In this document: in pieces, positions 20,576-29,572 of the stretch
Position numbering within the stretch: the first letter of the stretch is position 1
How the letters are laid out: the number at the start of each line of letters is the position of its first letter
Source: an uncultured virus (IMG/VR IMGVR_UViG_3300042308_001603)
Lineage: Duplodnaviria > Heunggongvirae > Uroviricota > Caudoviricetes
IMG/VR virus record: IMGVR_UViG_3300042308_001603
Length of the DNA stretch: 55,951 bases
Strand: one strand, 5' to 3'
Notes under the pieces: generated by a model
The model's input: only the letters and a program-made list of their open reading frames with translations
Database searches by the model: none
Told to the model about the DNA's origin: nothing
Position numbers and translations under genes: made by a program

Positions 20576-20623
20576 GTAAGTATTTTTATTATAAATATTA
20601 CAGACTAATTCTAGTTACTAATA

Positions 20624-20848
20624 CTAGTTTTGAAAATCGTCAGGAGTTTCAGTTAAAATAGCGTATCCTCTGTTAGGTAATTCTCCTTCAGTTTCTGGTT
20701 TGTCAAAAGTAAGAATATTATTATCAATAATAGGATTAATAATAATTGATGATCTCTCTGCTAAAAAAGATTGAATATCATCTGTTAATTGACTAATACC
20801 CATGTTTACTGGGCAATCTGGTCTGTTAAAGTAAATTAGTGTTTTCAT
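20624..20848 (-). CDS. Small hypothetical protein, paralogue of 11064..11273
   Basis: Near-identical N- and C-termini to 11064..11273. Confidence 0.8.
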   Translation of the reverse strand: MKTLIYFNRPDCPVNMGISQLTDDIQSFLAERSSIIINPIIDNNILTFDKPETEGELPNRGYAILTETPDDFQN

Positions 20849-20885
20849 GTTTTATTTTTTATTTATTGTTTTATTTATTGTTTTA

Positions 20886-21569
20886 TTAGTCTCTAAATTC
20901 TTCATATACTTTTAATACTTCTTCTACTATTTCATGACGGTGATTTTTCTTTAAAGTAATTATTTTAACACCTTTAATTCGTTCTTCTAGTCGTGGAAAA
21001 AATCCAATACCAGAATCTTTTTTACTTTTTAAATCAACTTGAGATAAATCACCACAAAAAACTATTTTACCACCTTTACCTAAACGACCTAACATCATTT
21101 CTGTTTGTGAGTGAGTAATATTTTGGCATTCATCAACGATTACAAACGCATTAGGAAACGTTCTACCTCTCATGAATGCAAATGGTACAATTTCGATTTG
21201 AGTTTCTTGAACCATTTTATCTATTTTATCTTTGTCATATAATAGATATAGATTAGAATATATTGGTGCTAACCAAGGATCCATTTTTTCTTTTAAGTCA
21301 CCAGGTAAAAAACCAATTTCTTCTTTAGATACTGTAGGGCGAGTAATTATTATTTTTTCAATATCTCTTTTAAAAATTAAATCTAAGGCAATTTGACAAG
21401 CTAGTAATGTTTTACCACTACCTGCCATTCCTTTTAATAGTACTACAGGATTATCTAAAATAATTTGTTTTGCATCTTTTTGTTCTTCATTTAGAGACAA
21501 TTTAAATTTAATTTCTCCTTTTGGTTTCTTTTTGTTTTGGAAAACCTCTTCGTTTGAATTTTGAGACAT
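20886..21569 (-). CDS. phoH: PhoH-family ATPase
   Basis: GMAGSGKT, GFLPGDL.EK, FMRGRTF, DECQN, GDLSQVD, RH motifs. Confidence 0.95.
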   Translation of the reverse strand: MSQNSNEEVFQNKKKPKGEIKFKLSLNEEQKDAKQIILDNPVVLLKGMAGSGKTLLACQIALDLIFKRDIEKIIITRPTVSKEEIGFLPGDLKEKMDPWLAPIYSNLYLLYDKDKIDKMVQETQIEIVPFAFMRGRTFPNAFVIVDECQNITHSQTEMMLGRLGKGGKIVFCGDLSQVDLKSKKDSGIGFFPRLEERIKGVKIITLKKNHRHEIVEEVLKVYEEFRD

Positions 21570-21601
21570 AGCTTTTATTGATAAATATTAAACAACCAAT
21601 G

Positions 21602-21635
21602 AAAAAAAAATAGCCGAGCTTACAGGCTCGGCTAT
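21602..21635 (-). terminator. Intrinsic terminator after major capsid gene
   Basis: ATAGCCGAGC-CTGTAA-GCTCGGCTAT perfect 10 bp stem plus T tract. Confidence 0.9.
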
Positions 21636-21659
21636 CTTTAGAAATTATTAAATTTATGA

Positions 21660-23411
21660 TTACAAGCTGTTTAAACCTGATACATAAATTTTTCCATAAA
21701 ATTCTGGTCTTAACATTTTCTTCGCGTAACGAGTCATTAAACCTTTACGTGGAGTGAAGGTATTTGGATCGTACACTAGAGGAGTCATGATTAATGGAAT
21801 ATATGGAGCGAAAACAGCACCTGATTCTAGGAATTGTTTACCTCTGAAACCCATCAAAATCACGTTTTCAGTCATATAAGGGTTCTTATAAACTGTGTAA
21901 CGGTTGTTGATTTGACCAACTTTCATTACGCCCATTGCGTATTCCATGTTAGCAGCATCACCATTAGAGTTAGAAGAAAATCCTGGGATTGATTCTAAAA
22001 CTGTAGCAACAGTTGGAGAACATACTAAGAAATTTGCACCACCTCTTAAAGTCAATTGGTGAATTTTGTTACTTACTTTTTGCATTTTAGTACCTAAAGT
22101 AGCAAACCATTGACCTTGAGTGTTGAAGAAACCAGTTTGGCTAGTTGAAGTTGGGAAATCAAATCCATTAGCGTTAGTTGGGTTATAAACACCATTGTTT
22201 AATACTGTCCAGTATTCAGTTGCAGCAGCAGCATCTTCAATTAACATATCTAAGATTTCTAAATCAATTTCCATTGAAATATACTCACTCATAATGTTTG
22301 TTAATTCAGCTTCAGCATCAATGTTCTGGTAAGCATTTAAATCTTGTGCGAACTCAGGAGTCCATACAGCTTTTAACTTTTTAGTTTTAGCAGTAATAGC
22401 TTGAGATTGCATTTTGATGTTGATTTCTGGAATAACAATTGTAGAAGCGCTTTCAGCGTTAGGTACAGAAGAACCAGCAAATGAAGAAGCAGATGTATCT
22501 TCGAAATCACCACGAGCATTATCATTTGTTTGTTTGTTATAGTATGCTGTATAAGAACCAGTAGATGCTATAGCTGTACCAGCAGATGAAGTAAAGAAGA
22601 AAGAGATACGTTGGTTAGTGTAATCTAAAAGGGTAAATGCAGGTAAAGAGTTAGCTACAGTAGCTACAGATACACCTGTTTCAGTTGTAGCTGAACCTGA
22701 TACTAATGTAAATCCACGAACTGCTTCTAAATCGTAATTAGGTAAAGCTGAAGCGGTAATTGTTGCTTTTAAAACTCTACCAGCTGCAGCAGAAGCTGAT
22801 AAATCTGAATCGAAGTTAACTTCAGCCCAAGTAGCAGTTGTAATACTACCAGTACTAGCATTAGCTGGAGTAGCAGTAGAACCAGAAATTAATCCGATAA
22901 CTGAACTAGAGAATTGGTTTGTAGAGAAGGTAAAACGACCAGCACCATATAAACCACCAGTTGTACTAGTTGTTTGGTATGGGAATTGACCAGTTGCATT
23001 ACGAGCACCATAAAGTGAGTTACCAGAAGTGAATGGATTTTTATCAGTTCCATATTGGAAATCTAAGAAAAATACTAGACCTGAAGGTAAGTTCATTGGT
23101 TGAACGCTAACAAATTCTTTTGCAGCGATTGAACCAAATACTTTACGGATTAAAGGTAAAGCGATACCAGCCCAGTTTTCTGATTGGCCTACAGTAAATG
23201 TACCAGCTGAAGTACCAGCACCAGTTGCGCTAGATTCTACTACTAATTGTTTTGCTTGGTTTTCTAATAAAATAGACATGTTATTTTTGTCTGTTTCACT
23301 CAAACCTTCAAGTAAGCCTGTTTTAGCCCACTTGTTTGCTAATTTAGAAGCATCACTTTGAAGTGACTTCCAGGGATTAGCTGATTCTAATAATGATTGA
23401 ATTGAACTCAT
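21660..23411 (-). CDS. gp23: Major capsid protein (T4 gp23-like)
   Basis: VSVQPMNLPSGLVF, KLKAVWTPEFAQDL, FAPYIPL and GLMTRYA motifs. Confidence 0.97.
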   Translation of the reverse strand: MSSIQSLLESANPWKSLQSDASKLANKWAKTGLLEGLSETDKNNMSILLENQAKQLVVESSATGAGTSAGTFTVGQSENWAGIALPLIRKVFGSIAAKEFVSVQPMNLPSGLVFFLDFQYGTDKNPFTSGNSLYGARNATGQFPYQTTSTTGGLYGAGRFTFSTNQFSSSVIGLISGSTATPANASTGSITTATWAEVNFDSDLSASAAAGRVLKATITASALPNYDLEAVRGFTLVSGSATTETGVSVATVANSLPAFTLLDYTNQRISFFFTSSAGTAIASTGSYTAYYNKQTNDNARGDFEDTSASSFAGSSVPNAESASTIVIPEINIKMQSQAITAKTKKLKAVWTPEFAQDLNAYQNIDAEAELTNIMSEYISMEIDLEILDMLIEDAAAATEYWTVLNNGVYNPTNANGFDFPTSTSQTGFFNTQGQWFATLGTKMQKVSNKIHQLTLRGGANFLVCSPTVATVLESIPGFSSNSNGDAANMEYAMGVMKVGQINNRYTVYKNPYMTENVILMGFRGKQFLESGAVFAPYIPLIMTPLVYDPNTFTPRKGLMTRYAKKMLRPEFYGKIYVSGLNSL

Positions 23412-23440
23412 TTTTTTGTTTTTTGTTTTTAATTATTAAT

Positions 23441-24415
23441 TTATTTAATTTTTAACCCAGCTAATTCGCGCATACGAGCGAATGCATCATTTTCAATTAT
23501 TGGTTTAGCAGTAGCACTACCTAAAGCTTTAGAAGCAGATCCTAATGATTCTTTAATTGGGGATTTAGTAACAGTAGATACTTTTAATCCTTCTTGTAAA
23601 GTTTCATAAACTAATTCAACTTCTTTTTTAGTTGTTGCTTTGTCAAACGCAGTTAAAACTTTTATTTTTTGTGATTCAGTTAAAGATTTGTTACGGAAGA
23701 TTTTGTTAGTGTAAAGCAATTTAGCATTTAGTAAATTGATTTCATTTAACTCTGATTTAAGTGATTCGATAGTTGAATAAGCTTCTTCTAATTCTTCGTT
23801 AGTTTCTTCTTTTTCTTCATTAGTTTCTTCTTTTTCTTCATTAGTTTCTTCTTTTTCAGTTTCTTCTAATTCAGCTAAAAGTTCATCAATGTTAACTTCT
23901 TCTTCCTCTTCTTCTTCTTCACTTTCTTCAGGTTCCATTTCCATTTCTTCCTCTTCTTCTTCTTCTTCACCTTCGCCAGCCTCAAGTTCCCCTGCGCTAA
24001 CCATGTCTTTAATTACATCTTCAATGAATGATTTTAAATCGTCTTCGTCCATGTCTTCAATAGACATTTCTTCTTCTTTTTCTTCTTCTTTAGCTTCACT
24101 GATTTCAGTTTCTTCCATAGAGTTTTTATTCATGTCTTCACCTTCTTCTAATTCAGCCAAAAGTTCTTCTAAAGAAACTTCTTCAACGCTTTCATTTTTA
24201 TCCATTGATTTTTCTTCTTCCATTCCGGTTTTATACATTTCATCCGTTTCTTCTTCTTCTAACCCATCCATTTCGTTTATTTTTTGGGCGAGTTTTTCTT
24301 TAAGAAAAGGAGTAAATGCTTCTTCCAAAGCGGCTTTTGCATTTGCTATAGCAGTTTCTTTTACAGCTTTAGCATCTGCGATTGCTTCTTTAAGCAAATC
24401 TCTGTTTGTTGCCAT
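23441..24415 (-). CDS. Prohead core scaffolding protein
   Basis: Very Glu-rich coiled coil directly upstream of MCP; ends FARMRELAGLKIK. Confidence 0.85.
   Translation of the reverse strand: MATNRDLLKEAIADAKAVKETAIANAKAALEEAFTPFLKEKLAQKINEMDGLEEEETDEMYKTGMEEEKSMDKNESVEEVSLEELLAELEEGEDMNKNSMEETEISEAKEEEKEEEMSIEDMDEDDLKSFIEDVIKDMVSAGELEAGEGEEEEEEEEMEMEPEESEEEEEEEEVNIDELLAELEETEKEETNEEKEETNEEKEETNEELEEAYSTIESLKSELNEINLLNAKLLYTNKIFRNKSLTESQKIKVLTAFDKATTKKEVELVYETLQEGLKVSTVTKSPIKESLGSASKALGSATAKPIIENDAFARMRELAGLKIK
23792..23857 (-). repeat. 21-nt tandem repeat (EEKEETN x3) in scaffold
   Basis: GAAGAAAAAGAAGAAACTAA(T/C) repeated. Confidence 0.85.
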
Positions 24416-24443
24416 TTTTTCCTTAATTTGTTTTTGTTGGAAA

Positions 24444-24530
24444 TACGTTTAGTGCGAATTTAAATTCAAACGTAATAAAATTTATTAATTGTTATGCCTC
24501 ATAGAATTGGGCACATTCTAATATACATAT
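24444..24530 (-). promoter_or_regulatory. Late promoter plus structured 5' leader of scaffold-MCP operon
   Basis: ATATGTAT, then TAGAAT/ATTCTA stem whose loop GTGCC can pair with GGCAT, then TACGTTT/AAACGTA hairpin. Confidence 0.5.
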
Positions 24531-24553
24531 ATGCAAATATATCAAAAACGCAG

Positions 24554-24590
24554 AAAAAGTAAAAGCGCTCCTTTTTTAAGGGAACGCTTT
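24554..24590 (-). terminator. Intrinsic terminator
   Basis: AAAGCGTTCC...GGAGCGCTTT stem followed by TACTTTTT. Confidence 0.7.
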
Positions 24591-24616
24591 GGTCTAAATA
24601 TATTATATAGAGGGGG

Positions 24617-25336
24617 TTATTTTTTACCGTAATATTTTAATGATGATGGTGATACTTGCATACCAGAAAAATCTTTTAATTTATCTAATGATCTACTTTG
24701 GTAATCTTGTGGTGCTTTATCTAAAGTTACGCTACCATTACTTAGTATTTTTGTAATTTTATATGTACCTTCATTATCTCCTCCCCTATCATAGATTACA
24801 TAGTCTCCAGTTCCAACTTTAACATCTGCTCCGGTATGTTTATCTTTTACTATTATTTTAGCACCTAATCCAAATAATTCATCTACTTTTTCCTCATTCA
24901 TTTTACGAAATTTTTTTAATGCTTCGTTTACTGATTTTTCAATATCAGTTGATTCAGATGTTGGTTCTTGTTTTTTATATCCTATATTAGTAACTCCTAC
25001 TACTTTACCTTGATTAAAACTTTGAGAATAATCACCTCCATAACTTTTTTGAATTTCTTTAGCAAGTTTTTGTCCTTTTTCGTCATTTTTTAAATAGACA
25101 TATGCTCCTATTCCCCAAGCTAGTTTTTCTAAACTAATTATATAGTCTACTTCTTGATCTAATACTTTATCTGAAGGTAACCCATTACCCATTTCTCCAC
25201 GCATGCGTTGATTATCCAAATATGCTTTAATTTTGTTTGCTTCAGGAGTAACGTCTGCTGCCTCAGTTAAATTTTCAGTAATTAATCCAGCTAATAGCTG
25301 CATTCTTTTAAATTCTTCGTTTATTAATTTTTTCAT
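24617..25336 (-). CDS. Putative internal head protein
   Basis: N-terminal INEEFKRMQLLAGLITE resembling the scaffold C-terminus; lies between protease and scaffold. Confidence 0.65.
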   Translation of the reverse strand: MKKLINEEFKRMQLLAGLITENLTEAADVTPEANKIKAYLDNQRMRGEMGNGLPSDKVLDQEVDYIISLEKLAWGIGAYVYLKNDEKGQKLAKEIQKSYGGDYSQSFNQGKVVGVTNIGYKKQEPTSESTDIEKSVNEALKKFRKMNEEKVDELFGLGAKIIVKDKHTGADVKVGTGDYVIYDRGGDNEGTYKITKILSNGSVTLDKAPQDYQSRSLDKLKDFSGMQVSPSSLKYYGKK

Positions 25337-25359
25337 TTGTATTTTTGTTTATAAATATA

Positions 25360-25959
25360 TTAAAATATTGGACAAGACCCATTTGAACAAAGAATCTCTG
25401 TAATAATTGAATTTACTTTATTGTATGGATTAATGGATGTTGTTTTTCCTTCATGTAATGAAGACATAAATGAATTTGGATTTGAAGGTGTAGAAACAAA
25501 ATCCCAACACAATAATTCAAAATCGTCTTGTACTTCTAGTACTTCACCTACTTGCTTTAAACTACCCATTCCACGAGATGATACACCAACTTTAATTCCA
25601 GCACCAATAAGTGCTTTTAATATGTTTCCTGATGGTGTAGGTAATATTTCAATTGCTCCCATAATATTATCTCCATCCCACCAAATTTTAGCAATGTTAT
25701 GGGATACATTTTTTAAGTTAATTACTTGAGAGTCTGGGTGGTCTAATTCACCGCATGCTCTTCTTTCTTTAACTAGAGTCATGTATTTATTTATTTCACG
25801 TTCCCATAAATCTTTTGAGTAATATCTTCCGTTGCCATTTTTAATTTCAACAGTAGCTAATGGACCTTCAACTAATGGATTACCATTTGCACTTTTACTT
25901 TCGGTAAGTGCCACTGGTGATAAATTAAATTGATGAGTTTCTATTAATAGAGATTTCAT
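25360..25959 (-). CDS. gp21: Prohead protease (T4 gp21-like)
   Basis: NGNGRYY, GELDHP, GVSSRGMGS and DFVSTPS catalytic motifs. Confidence 0.95.
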   Translation of the reverse strand: MKSLLIETHQFNLSPVALTESKSANGNPLVEGPLATVEIKNGNGRYYSKDLWEREINKYMTLVKERRACGELDHPDSQVINLKNVSHNIAKIWWDGDNIMGAIEILPTPSGNILKALIGAGIKVGVSSRGMGSLKQVGEVLEVQDDFELLCWDFVSTPSNPNSFMSSLHEGKTTSINPYNKVNSIITEILCSNGSCPIF

Positions 25960-25960
25960 A

Positions 25961-27877
25961 TTATTTAATTCTGTTATATACTGGTAGTTTAGAGAAAACT
26001 GTACCGTCTTTTTTAGCTATTTTATCTAAATCTTCAACTTTTACTTCTCCAGATGTTAATTTTTTTTCTAAAAATATTCCTGAAGATATGTTGTTTTTTG
26101 ATAAAAACTCTCCTTTATCAGTTGAAAATTGTTTTAACCAATTAAATAATGTATCCCAATCATTGGCACCTTCATTTAATGATTCTCTAACCATTGTTCT
26201 AATCAAAGAAACTAATTTAGATTCATCTACATTTTCTGGGTCATTTCCTGGTGATGGCATGTATGAGCCTCCTTTTCTATTTCCATTTTGAAAATATACA
26301 CCTCTTGGTGGTTCGTCATACATACTTTCTACAGCTTTATATTTACCATTTTCTTCTTCAACATAATAAATTTCGTTTTTCTTAAAACGAGATAAATCCA
26401 TTGCTAATTCTTCTGCTTCTTCTCTAGTATTAAATAAATCATCGTCTTCTTCACTTTCTTCACTTTCTTTAATAATTTGAGAAATTATAGAACGCAATTT
26501 TTGTTCTGCTTCTGTCATTAAAGGATCAAATTCTCCCATTAATGGAATCCAATATCCAGTTCCGTCGTTTTTAGGAACTAATTTTAATTTTACATAATGC
26601 ATTTGGCTTCCTGCTATATCTGTTGGTTTAGCAACTAATTCCTTTTTAATTTTTCCTCTAATTAATGTAGGAATTACATCAGCAACAAATTTAGCTAATT
26701 CAGGTTTTTTACGTTCTGTGTCAGGTGAATATCTACCTCTAGAAAGCGCACCTAATGCAATAGCAAATAATTGAGAAATAAACATTGAAGCTTCTTTACC
26801 TTTAGATAATAATTTAATACTGCCTGGGAATTTATCATTTATTTGATCAACTACTTCTTTAGATAAAAATACTGCTCTTGGAGCTTTTTGTTTTCCTCCT
26901 CCACCACCTTTAGGATTTACAATAGGTCCTTGAACCATTGCTTCTTCTAATTTATCTTTAAGAAAATTATATTTCTTTGTTAAATAACTAGAATATAAAC
27001 CATATTTTTCTGCTGTTTGTTCAATAGCTTCTTCTTCACTTGTTCCATTAGCAATAAGATCTAAAACATCTTTTACTGCTTGTTTATCTTCACTATCTTT
27101 AGAACTTGAATATCCCATAGGATCATGAAACATTCCTATTTCATCAATTGATTCTTTCAATTTAATTTTTTTTTCAGCGCCAGGCATTTTCATTTTTTTA
27201 ACACCAGCAGAGTTTTGAGGTGTTGTAGTCATTTCTTTAACTTTTTTAGGATCAGAAGTTTTTGCTTCTTTATCACCTAATGAGTCTTGAACGTTTGCTT
27301 TTACTTTTACTTCTTTTTCAATATCACCATATCCTGAAGATTTGTGTTTTCCTTTTGGTTCTTTAGGTGTACCTAAACCTGGAGCTTCAGTTGTATATCC
27401 TACACCTTTAACTCCAAATTCACCATCTTTAGTATAAAATAAAGGATCTTTAGCTAAGTTTTTAACAACCATAGCTTTAATTTCTTCACTTGTTTTATCG
27501 TGGTTTTTTGGGTCTTTTAATTCAGCATAAAAACCTTTCATGATTTCATTAAAATTAATGTTATCAGCGTTTTTCATGTCTGTATTATCGTAGGCATACT
27601 TTTGAGCATCTTTAACTTCTTTAGATGTTTCTTTTTCTTCAGCTTTTGCTTCTTCAGCTAAAATCTTTTTCCAATCAAATATATCAAAGCCTTTAGTAAC
27701 AACACCACCAGCAATATTTTCACTAATGATTTGTTTTGATTTTAATACATTTGTAGCAGTATTGAAATCAGAATATTGATTCAAGTACTGTGGAAATAAT
27801 TGTCTAGCTTGTTTTAAAAATTGGTCTTTATTTCCTTTACCATTTTTAATTGCGTTATAATGTTCTTGTAGTGTCAT
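25961..27877 (-). CDS. Putative internal head polyprotein
   Basis: 638 aa, Lys/Glu-rich, modular; KNLAKDPLFY motif, several KLxxhI..E helices and (I/L)xE sites. Confidence 0.6.
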   Translation of the reverse strand: MTLQEHYNAIKNGKGNKDQFLKQARQLFPQYLNQYSDFNTATNVLKSKQIISENIAGGVVTKGFDIFDWKKILAEEAKAEEKETSKEVKDAQKYAYDNTDMKNADNINFNEIMKGFYAELKDPKNHDKTSEEIKAMVVKNLAKDPLFYTKDGEFGVKGVGYTTEAPGLGTPKEPKGKHKSSGYGDIEKEVKVKANVQDSLGDKEAKTSDPKKVKEMTTTPQNSAGVKKMKMPGAEKKIKLKESIDEIGMFHDPMGYSSSKDSEDKQAVKDVLDLIANGTSEEEAIEQTAEKYGLYSSYLTKKYNFLKDKLEEAMVQGPIVNPKGGGGGKQKAPRAVFLSKEVVDQINDKFPGSIKLLSKGKEASMFISQLFAIALGALSRGRYSPDTERKKPELAKFVADVIPTLIRGKIKKELVAKPTDIAGSQMHYVKLKLVPKNDGTGYWIPLMGEFDPLMTEAEQKLRSIISQIIKESEESEEDDDLFNTREEAEELAMDLSRFKKNEIYYVEEENGKYKAVESMYDEPPRGVYFQNGNRKGGSYMPSPGNDPENVDESKLVSLIRTMVRESLNEGANDWDTLFNWLKQFSTDKGEFLSKNNISSGIFLEKKLTSGEVKVEDLDKIAKKDGTVFSKLPVYNRIK

Positions 27878-27878
27878 G

Positions 27879-28685
27879 TTATTTTATTCTTGATTTTTTT
27901 GAAAATAAAGTTATTATATCATTTAAATATTCTACGGCCATATCCGCACCATATTCAGGGCTGTATGCTGATTGTGGATTGTCTTGGAGAGTTTGAATGG
28001 TTTCAGCTTTTATTTTTTTTAATAATGGTAATAAAGTATTTAATTTACTTTCTATTTCATCATAGTATTTAACTTCTTGTTCAACCTTTTCTTTTAGTTT
28101 TGGGTCGCCAATAAAATTAATCCAAGTTTCTTTTTCTATATTTTCTTTCCATAAATCTTTATGTTCAATACCTTTAGCTTTAGCATGTAATGCTTTAGCG
28201 TTTACTGGTTTCCAACCTAATTTATAGTAATAAATGTTTTGAGCACCTTTAGCTTTTTTATTTGGATTAAATGCGTTGGGTGTAGCGTAATTAGCACCAG
28301 TACCCGGTTCAAAATGTCCTGCACCTGCACCAGCTCCTGTAGCACTCATTTCCTTTAATTTAGCATGAATAAGATCTTTAATTTGATTTTCATCTAAAGA
28401 TTTTAACTGGTTATATTTTTTAGGGTAATTAGTACGTAAATGGGTTCTAAATTGATTGTATAGATAGTTTATTCCTTTATATAATTCAAGAAATTTTTGA
28501 TCTTTTCTAACTTCAGGATGTTCAGAGAATTTTTTATATTTTTTAAAAAGATCTTTAAAAGCCTTAAAAGTTACTTCATAGTCAGGTTGATAAGAAACAT
28601 CCCAAGACATTTTACCTGTCTCAGGATCTACACCTGTTAATTTAGTTTTAAATCCTTGAATTTCTTCTTTATCCTTATCTTCCAT
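27879..28685 (-). CDS. Putative head-associated protein
   Basis: LKEMSATGAG...YATPNAF motif; within portal-protease block. Confidence 0.6.
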   Translation of the reverse strand: MEDKDKEEIQGFKTKLTGVDPETGKMSWDVSYQPDYEVTFKAFKDLFKKYKKFSEHPEVRKDQKFLELYKGINYLYNQFRTHLRTNYPKKYNQLKSLDENQIKDLIHAKLKEMSATGAGAGAGHFEPGTGANYATPNAFNPNKKAKGAQNIYYYKLGWKPVNAKALHAKAKGIEHKDLWKENIEKETWINFIGDPKLKEKVEQEVKYYDEIESKLNTLLPLLKKIKAETIQTLQDNPQSAYSPEYGADMAVEYLNDIITLFSKKSRIK

Positions 28686-29532
28686 TTATTTGTTTTAATT
28701 CTTCTAATAAATCACAATACTGTAATAAATTAACTATATGATCATTGTTGATCTTATCTTTTTTACCTAATCCAACTAAAATGTTTATTGTTTCATTTAG
28801 TTTAATTTTAGTAACATCGTTTTTGGTTTTTTTATTTAGAATATTAAGTTCATTTTTTAATTCACTTACTTTAATATTATAAAATTCTTTTAATTTAACT
28901 GGGTTATCTACACTATTAATAAATTCTTTTAATATAGCTTTTTTAGTAATACTAAAATTAGCGTATTTTGAATTAAATTTTTCTAATAATATTTTATAAG
29001 TTAATATACGAGTATCTTTATCTACATTATTTAACTCATTAATTACTTCATCAGATTTATTTTCTTTTTTAGTAGTAGTAGAAGTTAAATGCTCTAATAT
29101 AACTAATTTATTAGTAATTATTTGTTCAGTAGGTACTAATCTATTTTCAGTTGATTCGATTAGTGTATATATAGCTGCTTGAGCTTTGTAATGAGGTAAT
29201 TTAGTTTTAAAGAATTCTTCTAAATTATATTTAGTTTTAATTTCTTTAATTAAATTATATTTTTGTCTTTTAAGTGCAGATTTGTTTAATTGTTTAGCAC
29301 TTTCTAGAACTGTATTGATAATGATATCTGCTTTACCTTCAGTTAAGTTGGTACGTTTAAGTAAGCTTTCATACAACTTGTATTCACGTCCTAATTCAGT
29401 TTTACTAAAATATTTTTTTAAAATATTAAGGGATTGAGATTCTTTATTAGATAAAGTATCTGTGGTTATCTGTCTAACTAAAAGTTCAAAAAGGATACCC
29501 GTGTTCTTAAATTTTGAATGTTTTACTAACAT
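28675..29532 (-). CDS. Hypothetical head morphogenesis protein
   Basis: KHSKFKNTGILFELL N-terminus; immediately after portal; ATATTTAT motif upstream. Confidence 0.65.
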   Translation of the reverse strand: MLVKHSKFKNTGILFELLVRQITTDTLSNKESQSLNILKKYFSKTELGREYKLYESLLKRTNLTEGKADIIINTVLESAKQLNKSALKRQKYNLIKEIKTKYNLEEFFKTKLPHYKAQAAIYTLIESTENRLVPTEQIITNKLVILEHLTSTTTKKENKSDEVINELNNVDKDTRILTYKILLEKFNSKYANFSITKKAILKEFINSVDNPVKLKEFYNIKVSELKNELNILNKKTKNDVTKIKLNETINILVGLGKKDKINNDHIVNLLQYCDLLEELKQINGR

Positions 29533-29572
29533 CTCTAGATTGTGGTTTTATTTATAAATATATAAAAATAGA

